A stretch of 64,000 bases of DNA from Fibrobacteria bacterium (lineage in GTDB: Bacteria; Fibrobacterota; Fibrobacteria; UBA11236; JADFYW01), in assembly GCA_050294405.1 (NCBI GenBank), contig JBNKOC010000016.1:224001-288000 (forward strand), given 5' to 3'. Positions within the stretch are counted from its first letter, which is position 1. Every line of letters begins with the position of its first letter. Below are positions 28,636 through 37,788 of this stretch, piece by piece. A model generated the notes under the pieces. That model made no database searches and was not told the DNA's origin. It saw only the letters and a list, made by a program, of their open reading frames with translations. The translations under genes were made by a program, and so were the position numbers.

Positions 28636-30072
28636 ATGAAAAAACTCTTAGCCTTTGCGGTTGTTTTTACCTCATTTTTTAGTGCAAACATCTATGCTCT
28701 TGAAGATTCGGATATTGAAATAAAATCTCCTAAAGTATTTTATGAATTTGGAAGCATTGTGCGCGGTGTGGAATTAGGTACTGATACGATAAATAATCAA
28801 TGGGCGCAACGGTTTGGAGGAATGTTTGAAATAACGGCAAAAAAGGACGATAATTTTCAGGCCTATTTTGGCATAGGTGGAATATTCTGGCACGCCTTGC
28901 CAGAAAGGGCTACAGATCCGGGGACTTTGGTTTTTTATGGTGATGCGATAATTACAAAAGCCTATGGTAACTATTTAATTGGAGATCCAGAAGCTCCTGT
29001 TGCGAAAGTAAACTTTGGATATTTTCCTTTAAAGTACTCTTTGTCCAAAAACTTGGGAGAATACCTATTTAGAACTGGTACTTATCCGAATTACATTATC
29101 ACGGGTAACCCCTTGACCACAGTTAATACGTCTGTAATGGGTATATTGGGATTGTCTGTGAGTCATAATATTGGTGAAATATTTTCCCATAGCATTTTTC
29201 TAACTAGCGAAAGGCAAACATACCCCCTCCACGATTTTTCCCTATCTTATCTTGCAAAATTGTCACTAGGTGGTTTTTCCATTGGAACTGGGCTAAAATT
29301 TAACAGGTTAATTCCTATAACTCCAAGTAATACTACTCCTACTTCTATTCAAAACAGTTACTTTAATTACCAAGGGGTAAACTACACCTTTAATGAGGAG
29401 TATTATTATCACCTTTCCGATGGTGCTCTGGAAGACATGGACACTGTTAGTTCGGACTATTGGGCAGATGTAGCCGGCTTAGTGGATAGCCTGGAAAAGG
29501 CTTGGCAAGTGGACTCAACATCAGCAGGTAAACCTGCATATGAGAACTATTCTTTTAAAGGGATAAACGCTTTGTTGTTTGCTTCTCTTAATTTTAACAG
29601 CATTCTGGGAATGGAATCAGAGGATGTGGGTAATTTTAACATTTATTCTGAAGCTGTTTTAATGGGGGTTGAAAATAAACCCATATACTATGAAAACCGA
29701 ATGGAAAGATTAGCCGTAATGTTTGGTCTAAACTTACCAACTTTTGGGTTGTTAAACGACTTGAATTTTGAAGTTGAATACTTTCCTTCAAAATTTGTTA
29801 ATGGTTATAGAGAAGCGAAATATTCCCAAACTCCAACCCCAGATTTTAGTTATAACACTTTAGAAGGCTATGATCCTGAGGACTGGAAAAATGACGACCT
29901 TAAATGGTCCGTTTATTTGAGTCGAAAAATTATGGATGGTTTAACCTTTGAAACTCAAATTGCCAGTGATCATTTGCGTGGGCGCCGAGGAAACAGAGTA
30001 GTAACTGAACAGTCTATTTTGGTGGATAAAAACCATTGGTATTACATGTTCAAGTTACAGGCTGCTTTTTAA
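28636..30072 (+). CDS. Hypothetical outer-membrane beta-barrel protein
   Basis: Signal peptide, alternating aromatic/hydrophobic strands, terminal Phe (YYMFKLQAAF). Confidence 0.65.
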   Translation: MKKLLAFAVVFTSFFSANIYALEDSDIEIKSPKVFYEFGSIVRGVELGTDTINNQWAQRFGGMFEITAKKDDNFQAYFGIGGIFWHALPERATDPGTLVFYGDAIITKAYGNYLIGDPEAPVAKVNFGYFPLKYSLSKNLGEYLFRTGTYPNYIITGNPLTTVNTSVMGILGLSVSHNIGEIFSHSIFLTSERQTYPLHDFSLSYLAKLSLGGFSIGTGLKFNRLIPITPSNTTPTSIQNSYFNYQGVNYTFNEEYYYHLSDGALEDMDTVSSDYWADVAGLVDSLEKAWQVDSTSAGKPAYENYSFKGINALLFASLNFNSILGMESEDVGNFNIYSEAVLMGVENKPIYYENRMERLAVMFGLNLPTFGLLNDLNFEVEYFPSKFVNGYREAKYSQTPTPDFSYNTLEGYDPEDWKNDDLKWSVYLSRKIMDGLTFETQIASDHLRGRRGNRVVTEQSILVDKNHWYYMFKLQAAF

Positions 30073-30351
30073 ATAGAGTATTGTTAATCAAAAAGACATT
30101 GGATATAATTTTTTATCCTATTTGACTGACTTTTCGAACCAGTTCTAAACTTGAATAAGGAGAACTGGAATGATAGACGATATTTTAAAAAGCTCAAGAT
30201 GAGCTGGGCGCTAATCTTGGCGAAACCATTTATATATTTGTCCTTTTTCCACAGGCTTCAACTTTAAAATCTAATGCCAATATTCACTTTTAAAAATGCA
30301 AGCATCAAAGTCTCGAGTATTAGCTGAATAGAATTGGATATAAAAAGAATA

Positions 30352-30373
30352 CCCCCACCCTTACGGGTGGGGG
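30352..30373 (-). terminator. Intrinsic terminator-like hairpin CCCCCACCC-TTAC-GGGTGGGGG
   Basis: 9-bp GC stem with 4-nt loop; A-rich run on the left gives a U-tract on the minus strand. Confidence 0.6.
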
Positions 30374-30654
30374 CGGCTGCGCGAATTCTAGAGTTGGTTT
30401 AACAAACCAACAAAATCATTTTAAAGTTATTCTTTATTTGTAGCGGAAGGTATTTAATTCTGGAAACTGCTCTAAATAACGCTCACAAAATGTGAGCGGA
30501 AAGATGAGCTATTTTTAAACTTTGCTTTTATAAGCAAAAAATAGAGACTAATTTTTAATTACCCTCTTGGTTACGATTCTTGCCCTCAATATCAAAATCA
30601 AACCAACTAACAGGCCCCGGTTTCCAGGGGCCTGCCTCATTTTTGCCTTAAAAT

Positions 30655-30684
30655 AAAAAAGAGGGCCAATAAGGCCCCCTTTTT
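30655..30684. terminator. Bidirectional terminator downstream of the vWA gene
   Basis: AAAAAAGAGGGCC-AATAA-GGCCCCCTTTTT. Confidence 0.7.
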
Positions 30685-30705
30685 ATGCTGGAGATAATAA
30701 AACTT

Positions 30706-33168
30706 TTACATGGACCAGCACATGGCTGTTGGGGTTGCTTCTCTGGCAATACCTTGTCGGTATTCTTTTTCGTAAGTTTTGCCGTTCTCAAATCTATATA
30801 GAACTTTCCAAATATAAACTCCGCTGCCCACAAATTGGCCGTTGTCGTCCTTTTGATTCCAAACTAAAAAGCTTTTATAACCTGCTGGATCCTGACGGTT
30901 GTCAGCGGCTAATTCTCCACAGTAGCCAAAGTTTTGCTGAGAAGCGTGGATAAATTTGCCAAGGTGATCAAAGATGTTTACTGTGGCCGTATAGCGCTCT
31001 GCAGAGTGCACAGCCACTAAGGATAAACAGTTGTTTTGCAGGGCTCTAACTGGTTCCTGAGCTGAAAGGGAAGAGTCTGTACAAATATTATTGACGTTGC
31101 CTGTTTCATCTAAGGTCACTGGCGGAATCCATTCCACAATTTCGCCAGCAGTGCGGTGATCCACTACGACCCAACCGGCATCCACATCAATAACTGGAAT
31201 GGAATCGTTAACCCTTTTTACATAGGTTTCTTCTTTGTCGCTGCCAATTACATCTCTTACCAATATAGAGGAAACTTCGTGAAGCTTGGAGTCGCGGCCA
31301 CCAACTGGAATGAGTTCTGGAGTAGAAGTCATCTCCTGATAATCCGCGTTGGGATTGAGGATGATGCAATCACCTGTCCCCAAATTAAAGTTGGAAGCAT
31401 CTCCACGGGTGTATAAGGTCCATGTTAGACCATCTTCGGATACAGTGGGTACAGCTTCCAGTTGCACAGGTATTGGGTCGCCCTGACAATCTTTAAAGAA
31501 GAGAAATAAATCTGTCCAGGGGTCCTGGACATTTCCACGAGGTACCAGAGGTTCAGATACCCGAACCAAAACAGTATCGGGAAATGTTTTTATTTCTCCT
31601 GTACCTGCTACAATATATTTCTTAAAGTCAGATGGGATTTTTTCGGCAACTTCGGCAACTGGCCCAGCGGTTACGTTAATGGAAACCGTAGCAATATCCC
31701 GGGGGTCTCTGGGATGCACCCAGGTAATGGTTATAACATCATTTGGCCCGCTTTGTATGGTTCCGTCTCCAGCCACAGCAGCGCCTCGGGTAAAGTTGAA
31801 AAGCTCCCTGAAACTGTCTGGGTCTAACTGGCTAAGGGGCAGGGTCTCTGAATCGCCAGTTACCTGAGAAGTAATGGTAACCATAGCGGAAGGCACTCCA
31901 CTTGGAGTATTGAGCAAAACCCCCAATTGGTCGGCTTCGAAGCTTATGGATTGAATAATGTTGTAATTTTCATTTGTAGCATATATATCGCTAGGTTCTA
32001 CACATTCGATATTAAACAGGGAATCCGGCAATTCAAAGTCTCCGGCAGTGGAAGCGGGCCCACTCACATCAATTATAAAGGAGGTTTCCTTAGTATCCTG
32101 AACTCCATTTTGTTCCTGGCGGCTGGTTACTTTAATGCTGTTTAGCCCAGGATTAAGGCTTACAATATCATCAAGGTTTGCCCGAAAACTTCTGCCACCA
32201 TTTGAAATATGATTGGCTGCACCATCTGCAATGGCAGTTTGGCCATTTGTAATATTTTGCACCTGGGTCCAGGTTGGCTGAGCGGTGATAAAAATATTAT
32301 TAATAATTGCCAGTACAACCTCATCCAATTGAGCGGTCGCATTGGCTTCTACCGGAAAGTATCCGCCACCAGTTTCTTCACCTAAGTCAATAAGTGTTCT
32401 GGCATTATCCCCTTCCATGGTGCCATCAATTCGGATACTGTACACAGGGGGGTGACCACCTTGGTTGACCCAGCTGTTAAATTGAGAATTATCATTGGGA
32501 TTTCCATCGGTGATAAATATGATGGCCTTATTCTGGTTCGGGCCAGCTTGAACCAAAGTTTCCGCAGCAGACAGAGCAGGGGTGTATTGGGTGCCAAATT
32601 TTTCATCGTCAGGCGTGGCCATGCGGCATTCCAAATCTATGGTGCCACGTAAACCCTCATAGGTTTGCCAATTGTTTGGGTCGTAAGTAACACTCGGATC
32701 AATGGCAGCTCCATTTCCATCGGCAATATCAGAAGCAATCCAGCCCAGTACAGTGGTAAAATTTTCAGCAGTGGTTAAAGCTAGGGGAGCGCGTTCTGTG
32801 CAATTTCCTCCGGCAAAGGGAACCAAGCCCACAGCGGAAGCGTTGTTTATCTCTGCGATTTTTTGAACAGCATAACTAGCCGCTATGGGAGAGTAATAAG
32901 TGCTGTCGTTGTATGCCATAGAGCCACTTTGGTCTACCACAATAACAATATCCACCGGGTCTCTTACCTGAAAGGCATCGCCGCAAATATTCAATTGGTC
33001 TCTGGCAATTCTGGTTGTGTTGCTGGGAACAGTTATAGTCTGACCGTTTACCGCAGCTAAATCAATGCAGCGCTCTCCCACTAAATCGCACCTTAGTTCA
33101 TTTTGAGCGTATAGCCCGCTAAACATAAAGCACAAAAAAAACCACGTAATGGTGATTTTTCTCCCCAT
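30706..33168 (-). CDS. Secreted vWA-domain protein with Fibrobacterota-type/FlgD-Ig-like C-terminal domain
   Basis: Signal peptide; MIDAS DQSGSM...GT...FITDG; tail VNIFDHLGKFI...WNQKDDNGQFVGSGVYIWK. Confidence 0.82.
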   Translation of the reverse strand: MGRKITITWFFLCFMFSGLYAQNELRCDLVGERCIDLAAVNGQTITVPSNTTRIARDQLNICGDAFQVRDPVDIVIVVDQSGSMAYNDSTYYSPIAASYAVQKIAEINNASAVGLVPFAGGNCTERAPLALTTAENFTTVLGWIASDIADGNGAAIDPSVTYDPNNWQTYEGLRGTIDLECRMATPDDEKFGTQYTPALSAAETLVQAGPNQNKAIIFITDGNPNDNSQFNSWVNQGGHPPVYSIRIDGTMEGDNARTLIDLGEETGGGYFPVEANATAQLDEVVLAIINNIFITAQPTWTQVQNITNGQTAIADGAANHISNGGRSFRANLDDIVSLNPGLNSIKVTSRQEQNGVQDTKETSFIIDVSGPASTAGDFELPDSLFNIECVEPSDIYATNENYNIIQSISFEADQLGVLLNTPSGVPSAMVTITSQVTGDSETLPLSQLDPDSFRELFNFTRGAAVAGDGTIQSGPNDVITITWVHPRDPRDIATVSINVTAGPVAEVAEKIPSDFKKYIVAGTGEIKTFPDTVLVRVSEPLVPRGNVQDPWTDLFLFFKDCQGDPIPVQLEAVPTVSEDGLTWTLYTRGDASNFNLGTGDCIILNPNADYQEMTSTPELIPVGGRDSKLHEVSSILVRDVIGSDKEETYVKRVNDSIPVIDVDAGWVVVDHRTAGEIVEWIPPVTLDETGNVNNICTDSSLSAQEPVRALQNNCLSLVAVHSAERYTATVNIFDHLGKFIHASQQNFGYCGELAADNRQDPAGYKSFLVWNQKDDNGQFVGSGVYIWKVLYRFENGKTYEKEYRQGIAREATPTAMCWSM

Positions 33169-33513
33169 ATTTTCCTCCTCGAAAATCCTACCTGTAGATT
33201 GAAGATTTAATTAATCGAAGGTTGAATCAGGCGTTTGTAGAATTTACCTGATAGATCCAAAAATTTTCAAACCCCAAATTAAAAAAACCCCCCGGTTAGT
33301 TTTTTTATAAGAATAAGTTCAAAAAAAAATATTCGCAGTGGATTTTTCATAAAATCGCCGAATATTTGGAGAAAAATTGGGTCCAATGTTTCGAAAATTG
33401 CAGAAACCCGTCATTTTAGCGACCCCTGAAACTTTAATGGCATATAAGCAAACGCCAAAAACTAAATTTCTTAAAATTTACATGGAAATTTTTTGCAGTG
33501 GGGGGAGTTTTGT

Positions 33514-33589
33514 TGGCGTTCCCACGGGGGTTTGAACCCCGGTTGCAGGACTGAAAATCCCGAGTCCTAGGCCACTAGACGATGGGAAC
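33514..33589 (-). tRNA. tRNA-Glu (anticodon TTC)
   Basis: Minus strand GTTCCCA...CGGGA-TTTTCAG-TCCTG...GGTTCAAAC...TGGGAAC-GCCA cloverleaf with encoded CCA. Confidence 0.96.
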
Positions 33590-33671
33590 GTGACCAACGG
33601 GCAAGAAATTAATAAAAAAAAAATGGAAATAAAGGTATTGGCAAAAAAAATATGCAAAAAGTTGGAGGGCT

Positions 33672-34502
33672 CTAACTTGCCGTATCTAAAAATTTTGTGA
33701 GAATTAATTCGTTTCCGGAATCGGAATATTCCATCCGGTCGATATATTTTTTACTCAGGTGGATTCCAAAGCCTCCCGGGCGAATTCCGTTTTTGTTTCT
33801 TTCTTCCAATACCTGACTGGGGTGGGTGATGGGGTCGGGAATTTGTTTGTAATCAAAGCCGGTACCTTCGTCTTTTATTTTAACCACTACCTTATCCTTA
33901 AACATCACATAAGATACATCCACCTTTTTCTCAAAGCTAAATCTGTTGCCATGTTCCATGGCATTTAAAATCATTTCATTTACCGCAAAACAATATTCCC
34001 GAACTTCATTAGAGTCCAGGCTGCTGTGGCTGAGGAGGTTTTCCATAAAACGGTTGGTGCTTTTTAAAATATCAGTGTTGGATTTTAAATTAAAATGTAT
34101 CCAGTCCCCCAGGATTCTAGATTTTTCCATAAACCTTTTTTCCTGTTTCACCTCATTGATACAGTCTGTAACATCGCTGAGGCTAAAGGGCTTTTTAATC
34201 CAGGCGTTGGCGCCATACTCAAAAACTTTTACCAGGTCGGGGTTTTCTGTAGAGGCGGTAATAATAATAATGGGAATGTGGTGGAATTTTCTATTTCTCT
34301 TTAAGTGGCGGCACATTTCCAATCCCGACATACGGGGCATATAAATATCCGTTAATATGAGGTCCGGAACATTTTTTTCAACAAGCTCAAGGCCCTCTCT
34401 TCCGTTGTATGCTTTTAAAATTTCGTAGCCTAATTTGGAGCTGAGCTTAGCCAAAAGTTCCAGGATTTTGGGATTGTCCTCTACAATTAGAACTTTTGCC
34501 AT
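33672..34502 (-). CDS. Response regulator receiver fused to RsbW/SpoIIAB-like HATPase (anti-sigma Ser kinase) domain
   Basis: LIVED, TDIYMP, KKPF; then AVNEMILNAMEHGN, DEGTGF, GGFGIHL. Confidence 0.88.
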   Translation of the reverse strand: MAKVLIVEDNPKILELLAKLSSKLGYEILKAYNGREGLELVEKNVPDLILTDIYMPRMSGLEMCRHLKRNRKFHHIPIIIITASTENPDLVKVFEYGANAWIKKPFSLSDVTDCINEVKQEKRFMEKSRILGDWIHFNLKSNTDILKSTNRFMENLLSHSSLDSNEVREYCFAVNEMILNAMEHGNRFSFEKKVDVSYVMFKDKVVVKIKDEGTGFDYKQIPDPITHPSQVLEERNKNGIRPGGFGIHLSKKYIDRMEYSDSGNELILTKFLDTAS

Positions 34503-34634
34503 GCTACTTTTTTGAAAAAGTTTACCTGAAACTGATTTTATGGTACCTTTTCCTACTTAATCATGCAACGAATACCCGCTACATTTTTACCATCCATTGT
34601 TAAATTGTTTATATTGCTATACAATTAGGACTAT

Positions 34635-35363
34635 ATGAAATACGGTATTTATTCTGATATTCATGCTAATCTGGAAGCTCTAAAAGCAGTGATGAATTCC
34701 ATGGATGGCCGTGGGGTGGAGCGAAAAGTGTGTTTAGGCGATGCGGTGGGGTACGGACCATTTCCCAATGAATGTATTAAGGTAATTGAGCAGGAAAGTG
34801 CTGTTGCCATTTTGGGTAACCACGACTCTGTGGCTCTTGGTCGTGAGAGCTCGGACCAATTCAATTATTTTGCCAAGAACGCTATTGAATGGACTCGGGA
34901 GGTTTTATCTCCGGAATCCACAGACACCATGCAAAAATGGCCTTATCTGGTGGAAGAGCCGCCAGTCACTTTTGTACATGCCTCTCCCAGGTCACCAGCG
35001 GATTGGACTTATATTGCCACTCTGGACGAGGCAGTGGATGCTTTTAGTTATTTCCAACAGCGCATTTGTTTTATTGGCCACACCCACCTACCTGTGATTG
35101 TAATCATGGAAGGGGAGCAGGCTTTTTACGTTTCGGAAAAGCTCCATCACAAACTGGAAGAAAACCAAAGGATTCTGGTAAACGTGGGAAGTGTGGGCCA
35201 GCCCCGTGATGGACATACCGCTGCCTCCTGGTGTTATTGCGATACGGAAACTCTGGAGGTGGAAATAGTAAGGGTTCCCTACGATTTACAGAAAACACAA
35301 AAATCCATGACAGAACGGGGCTTTGACGATTTTCTGATTACCCGGCTAGCTATGGGCAAATAG
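34635..35363 (+). CDS. Metallophosphoesterase family protein
   Basis: SDIHAN, LGDAVGYG, GNHD, GHTH, NVGSVGQPRD. Confidence 0.92.
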   Translation: MKYGIYSDIHANLEALKAVMNSMDGRGVERKVCLGDAVGYGPFPNECIKVIEQESAVAILGNHDSVALGRESSDQFNYFAKNAIEWTREVLSPESTDTMQKWPYLVEEPPVTFVHASPRSPADWTYIATLDEAVDAFSYFQQRICFIGHTHLPVIVIMEGEQAFYVSEKLHHKLEENQRILVNVGSVGQPRDGHTAASWCYCDTETLEVEIVRVPYDLQKTQKSMTERGFDDFLITRLAMGK

Positions 35364-35367
35364 CTCC

Positions 35368-35829
35368 ATGAAAATTTTGGTTCTTTGTGTGGGGAAAATG
35401 AAAAACCCTGCCTTAAAAGATTTGGCTGAGGATTACGCTTCCCGGCTTTCTAAAATGGCCAGTTTGGAAATTCTGGAAATCAAAGATGGGAAGGCTGTGG
35501 ATGGGCAAGCTCGCCTTGAAGAAGAAGCCTTGGAAATTGAAAAGAAAATGGGTTTCCTGAATTCTTGTATTTTGCTCGATGAAAGAGGTAAGTCTATGAA
35601 ATCATTGGATTTATCCGATAAAATCAAGGAATTCCAAAACCGATCCCAGCGCCAGATAAGCTTTATAATAGGAAGCAGCCACGGACTATCTAAAGCCTTA
35701 AAGAAAAAAGTGGCCTTTCACATGAAATTGTCGGATTTTACGCTGACCCATGAAATGGCTCGGATGCTGCTATTGGAACAAATTTACCGGGCACATTGTA
35801 TTTTAAAAAATATCCCTTACCACCATTGA
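35368..35829 (+). CDS. rlmH: 23S rRNA pseudouridine-1915 N3-methyltransferase
   Basis: VGK, LDERGK, FIIGSSHG, LSDFTLTHEMARMLLLEQIYRA...PYHH. Confidence 0.95.
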   Translation: MKILVLCVGKMKNPALKDLAEDYASRLSKMASLEILEIKDGKAVDGQARLEEEALEIEKKMGFLNSCILLDERGKSMKSLDLSDKIKEFQNRSQRQISFIIGSSHGLSKALKKKVAFHMKLSDFTLTHEMARMLLLEQIYRAHCILKNIPYHH

Positions 35830-35886
35830 GTTGGACAGGTCAATTGCTGGGTTGCCCTTTCAGATAAAAAAATTCCAATCTTTTCT

Positions 35887-35913
35887 TCAGGAATTTTCTG
35901 TAAAAACCGAAGT
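35887..35913 (+). promoter_or_regulatory. Putative sigma-28 (FliA) promoter TCAG-N15-ACCGAAGT
   Basis: Degenerate match to TAAA-N15-GCCGATAA with exact 15-nt spacer, just before the FlgM-like ORF. Confidence 0.5.
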
Positions 35914-35925
35914 ATAGAAAAAAGG

Positions 35926-36105
35926 ATGACCATGGAAGGCAATCAACAAAGAGGACAATTTCTCCACAAAGAGGGCGAGGATCGCCGCAGGGCGGTGGAG
36001 GAGATAAAGCTCAAAATTGAGTCTGGCTTGTTCTCTTCGGATAAAGTGATCAAAGACATCGTAGAAAAAATTGGGCCTCACTTCGCTTCTATGGGTGTTG
36101 AATAA
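35926..36105 (+). CDS. Small FlgM-like protein (59 aa; not in ORF track)
   Basis: MTMEGNQQRGQFLHKEGEDRRRAVEEIKLKIESGLFSSDKVIKDIVEKIGPHFASMGVE; R..V..IK..I..G.F pattern of the FlgM C-terminal domain; AAGGA lies 5 nt before the second ATG (35932), the likely start. Confidence 0.55.
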   Translation: MTMEGNQQRGQFLHKEGEDRRRAVEEIKLKIESGLFSSDKVIKDIVEKIGPHFASMGVE

Positions 36106-36201
36106 AAGGCCGCAAACAGAAAGCGCAAAACTTTCCATTTAAAAATTTTCTTATTTCCATTAAATTGATTTTCTTTAGCTGGATAACAACTGGCCTAACC
36201 T

Positions 36202-37788
36202 ATGAACAGGTACAAAATCAATGAATTCGCCCATGGAAAAAAGCTTGATGCCGATTCTGTAAAGTCTTTGTTTTGCAGGCGTTATGAAATTCCATTAAAA
36301 TCATTAATGGAGTTTAAAATAAGCCGCCTTTCCCTGGATAGCCGCAAGGCCAACCGCCCTGTTTATAAGTACAATTTGGAATTTTCTTCGGAATTGGAGT
36401 TATCGGGAAAGGGTGTTAAAAAATTAGATCCCGAAGGCTTTGCCTCAAAGCCCAAACTCCATTGGGGAAATAATCCTGTGGCGGTAATTGGAGCGGGTCC
36501 CGCGGGAATGTTCGCAGCTTATGCTCTGGCAAAAAAAGGCTTTAAAGTTCATGTGTACGAGCGGGGAAGTGAAGTTAAAAAGCGGGCCGGGGATGTGCGT
36601 AAATTTGTAAAACAGGATATTTTTAACGCCGAGTCCAATATTCTTTTTGGGGAAGGGGGGGCCGGCACCTTTTCCGATGGAAAGTTAACCTGCCGGAATA
36701 ACAATCCCTATACCCAACAGGTTCTGGACATTTGGGTGGAATGTGGTGCAGTTCCGGAAATCGCTTATTTGAGTCGTCCCCATATTGGAACGGACAGGCT
36801 TCAGTTTTTAGTCAGCGAGCTAAGGGAAAAAAGCCAAGCCCTTGGGGTGGAATACTTTTTTGATGCAAAAGTTGATGGTATTGTTGTAACAGATAGAAAA
36901 ATAAAAGGTTTAAATGTTTTTGGTGAGTTTAAATCTTATGACAATGTGATTTGGTCTGCGGGACATTCCGCCCGGGATTTATACAAAAATTTATGGGAAA
37001 GTGGCGTGGCTCTGGAACCCAAATCCTTTTCTGTGGGAGTTAGGGTAGAGCATCCCCAAAGCCTGATTAACGCCCAGCAATTGGGAGAAAGGGTGGATGC
37101 CAAAGCCATTGGGGCAGCGGAATATTATCTGACTTTTAAATCCGAGCAGCACCGGGCCTATTCTTTTTGTATGTGCCCGGGAGGTGTGGTAGTGCCCTGC
37201 GCCGATTCGCCAGAGGGTATTTGCGTTAATGGTATGAGCTATTCCAGTCGGGCTACCCGCTTTGCCAATTCAGCCATTGTGGTTCCTGTGGACCCTTCGG
37301 ATTTTGAAGCAGGACTGCCACCAAACGCCCCCCGGGAGAAAAAAGAGCTGTGGGGCATGTACTACCAGGAAAATATGGAACATAAAGCCTTTCAAATGGC
37401 CGGAGGCGATTTTAGCTACCCCGCACAAACTGTGGCGGCTTATTTGGCAGGGAAAAAAGATGAAGAGCTTCCCCCCAGCTCTTTTCAGCGCAAGCTGGTT
37501 CCCTGCGATTTATATGGCCTGTTTACTAAAAAGGTAAATGCGGCTCTCAAAGCCGGGCTTAAAAATTTTGATAAAAAAATACCCGGGTTTATTGAACAGG
37601 GACTTATGATTGGCCCGGAATCCCGCACCAGTTCACCCCTTCGCATAAGCCGCAATCCCGAAACTCTGGAGTCCACAAACACCAAAGGCCTTTTTCCTCT
37701 GGCGGAAGGAGCCGGCTATTCGGGGGGGATTGTGTCCTCGGCGGCTGATGGTTTAAAATTGGCGGATTTGGTGGCACATGCTGTTTGA
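36202..37788 (+). CDS. FAD-dependent oxidoreductase (HI0933/YhiN-related)
   Basis: VIGAGPAG, FGEGGAGTFSDGKL, PHIGTD, YSFCMCPGG, ESRTSSP, EGAGYSGGIVSSAADG. Confidence 0.9.
   Translation: MNRYKINEFAHGKKLDADSVKSLFCRRYEIPLKSLMEFKISRLSLDSRKANRPVYKYNLEFSSELELSGKGVKKLDPEGFASKPKLHWGNNPVAVIGAGPAGMFAAYALAKKGFKVHVYERGSEVKKRAGDVRKFVKQDIFNAESNILFGEGGAGTFSDGKLTCRNNNPYTQQVLDIWVECGAVPEIAYLSRPHIGTDRLQFLVSELREKSQALGVEYFFDAKVDGIVVTDRKIKGLNVFGEFKSYDNVIWSAGHSARDLYKNLWESGVALEPKSFSVGVRVEHPQSLINAQQLGERVDAKAIGAAEYYLTFKSEQHRAYSFCMCPGGVVVPCADSPEGICVNGMSYSSRATRFANSAIVVPVDPSDFEAGLPPNAPREKKELWGMYYQENMEHKAFQMAGGDFSYPAQTVAAYLAGKKDEELPPSSFQRKLVPCDLYGLFTKKVNAALKAGLKNFDKKIPGFIEQGLMIGPESRTSSPLRISRNPETLESTNTKGLFPLAEGAGYSGGIVSSAADGLKLADLVAHAV

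Noticed and set aside
30480..30501. lac operator-like TGTGAGCGGA (vector contamination?)
   Set aside because: Only 10 bp match; it is one arm of a local hairpin and no other vector sequence is present
22500..33589. Genomic island integrated at tRNA-Glu 3' end
   Set aside because: No integrase, and I found no duplicated tRNA 3' end (att site); gene content is lineage-typical
35887..36138. 83-aa minus-strand ORF in the track
   Set aside because: Shadow of the better supported + strand FlgM-like ORF, which has a promoter and SD
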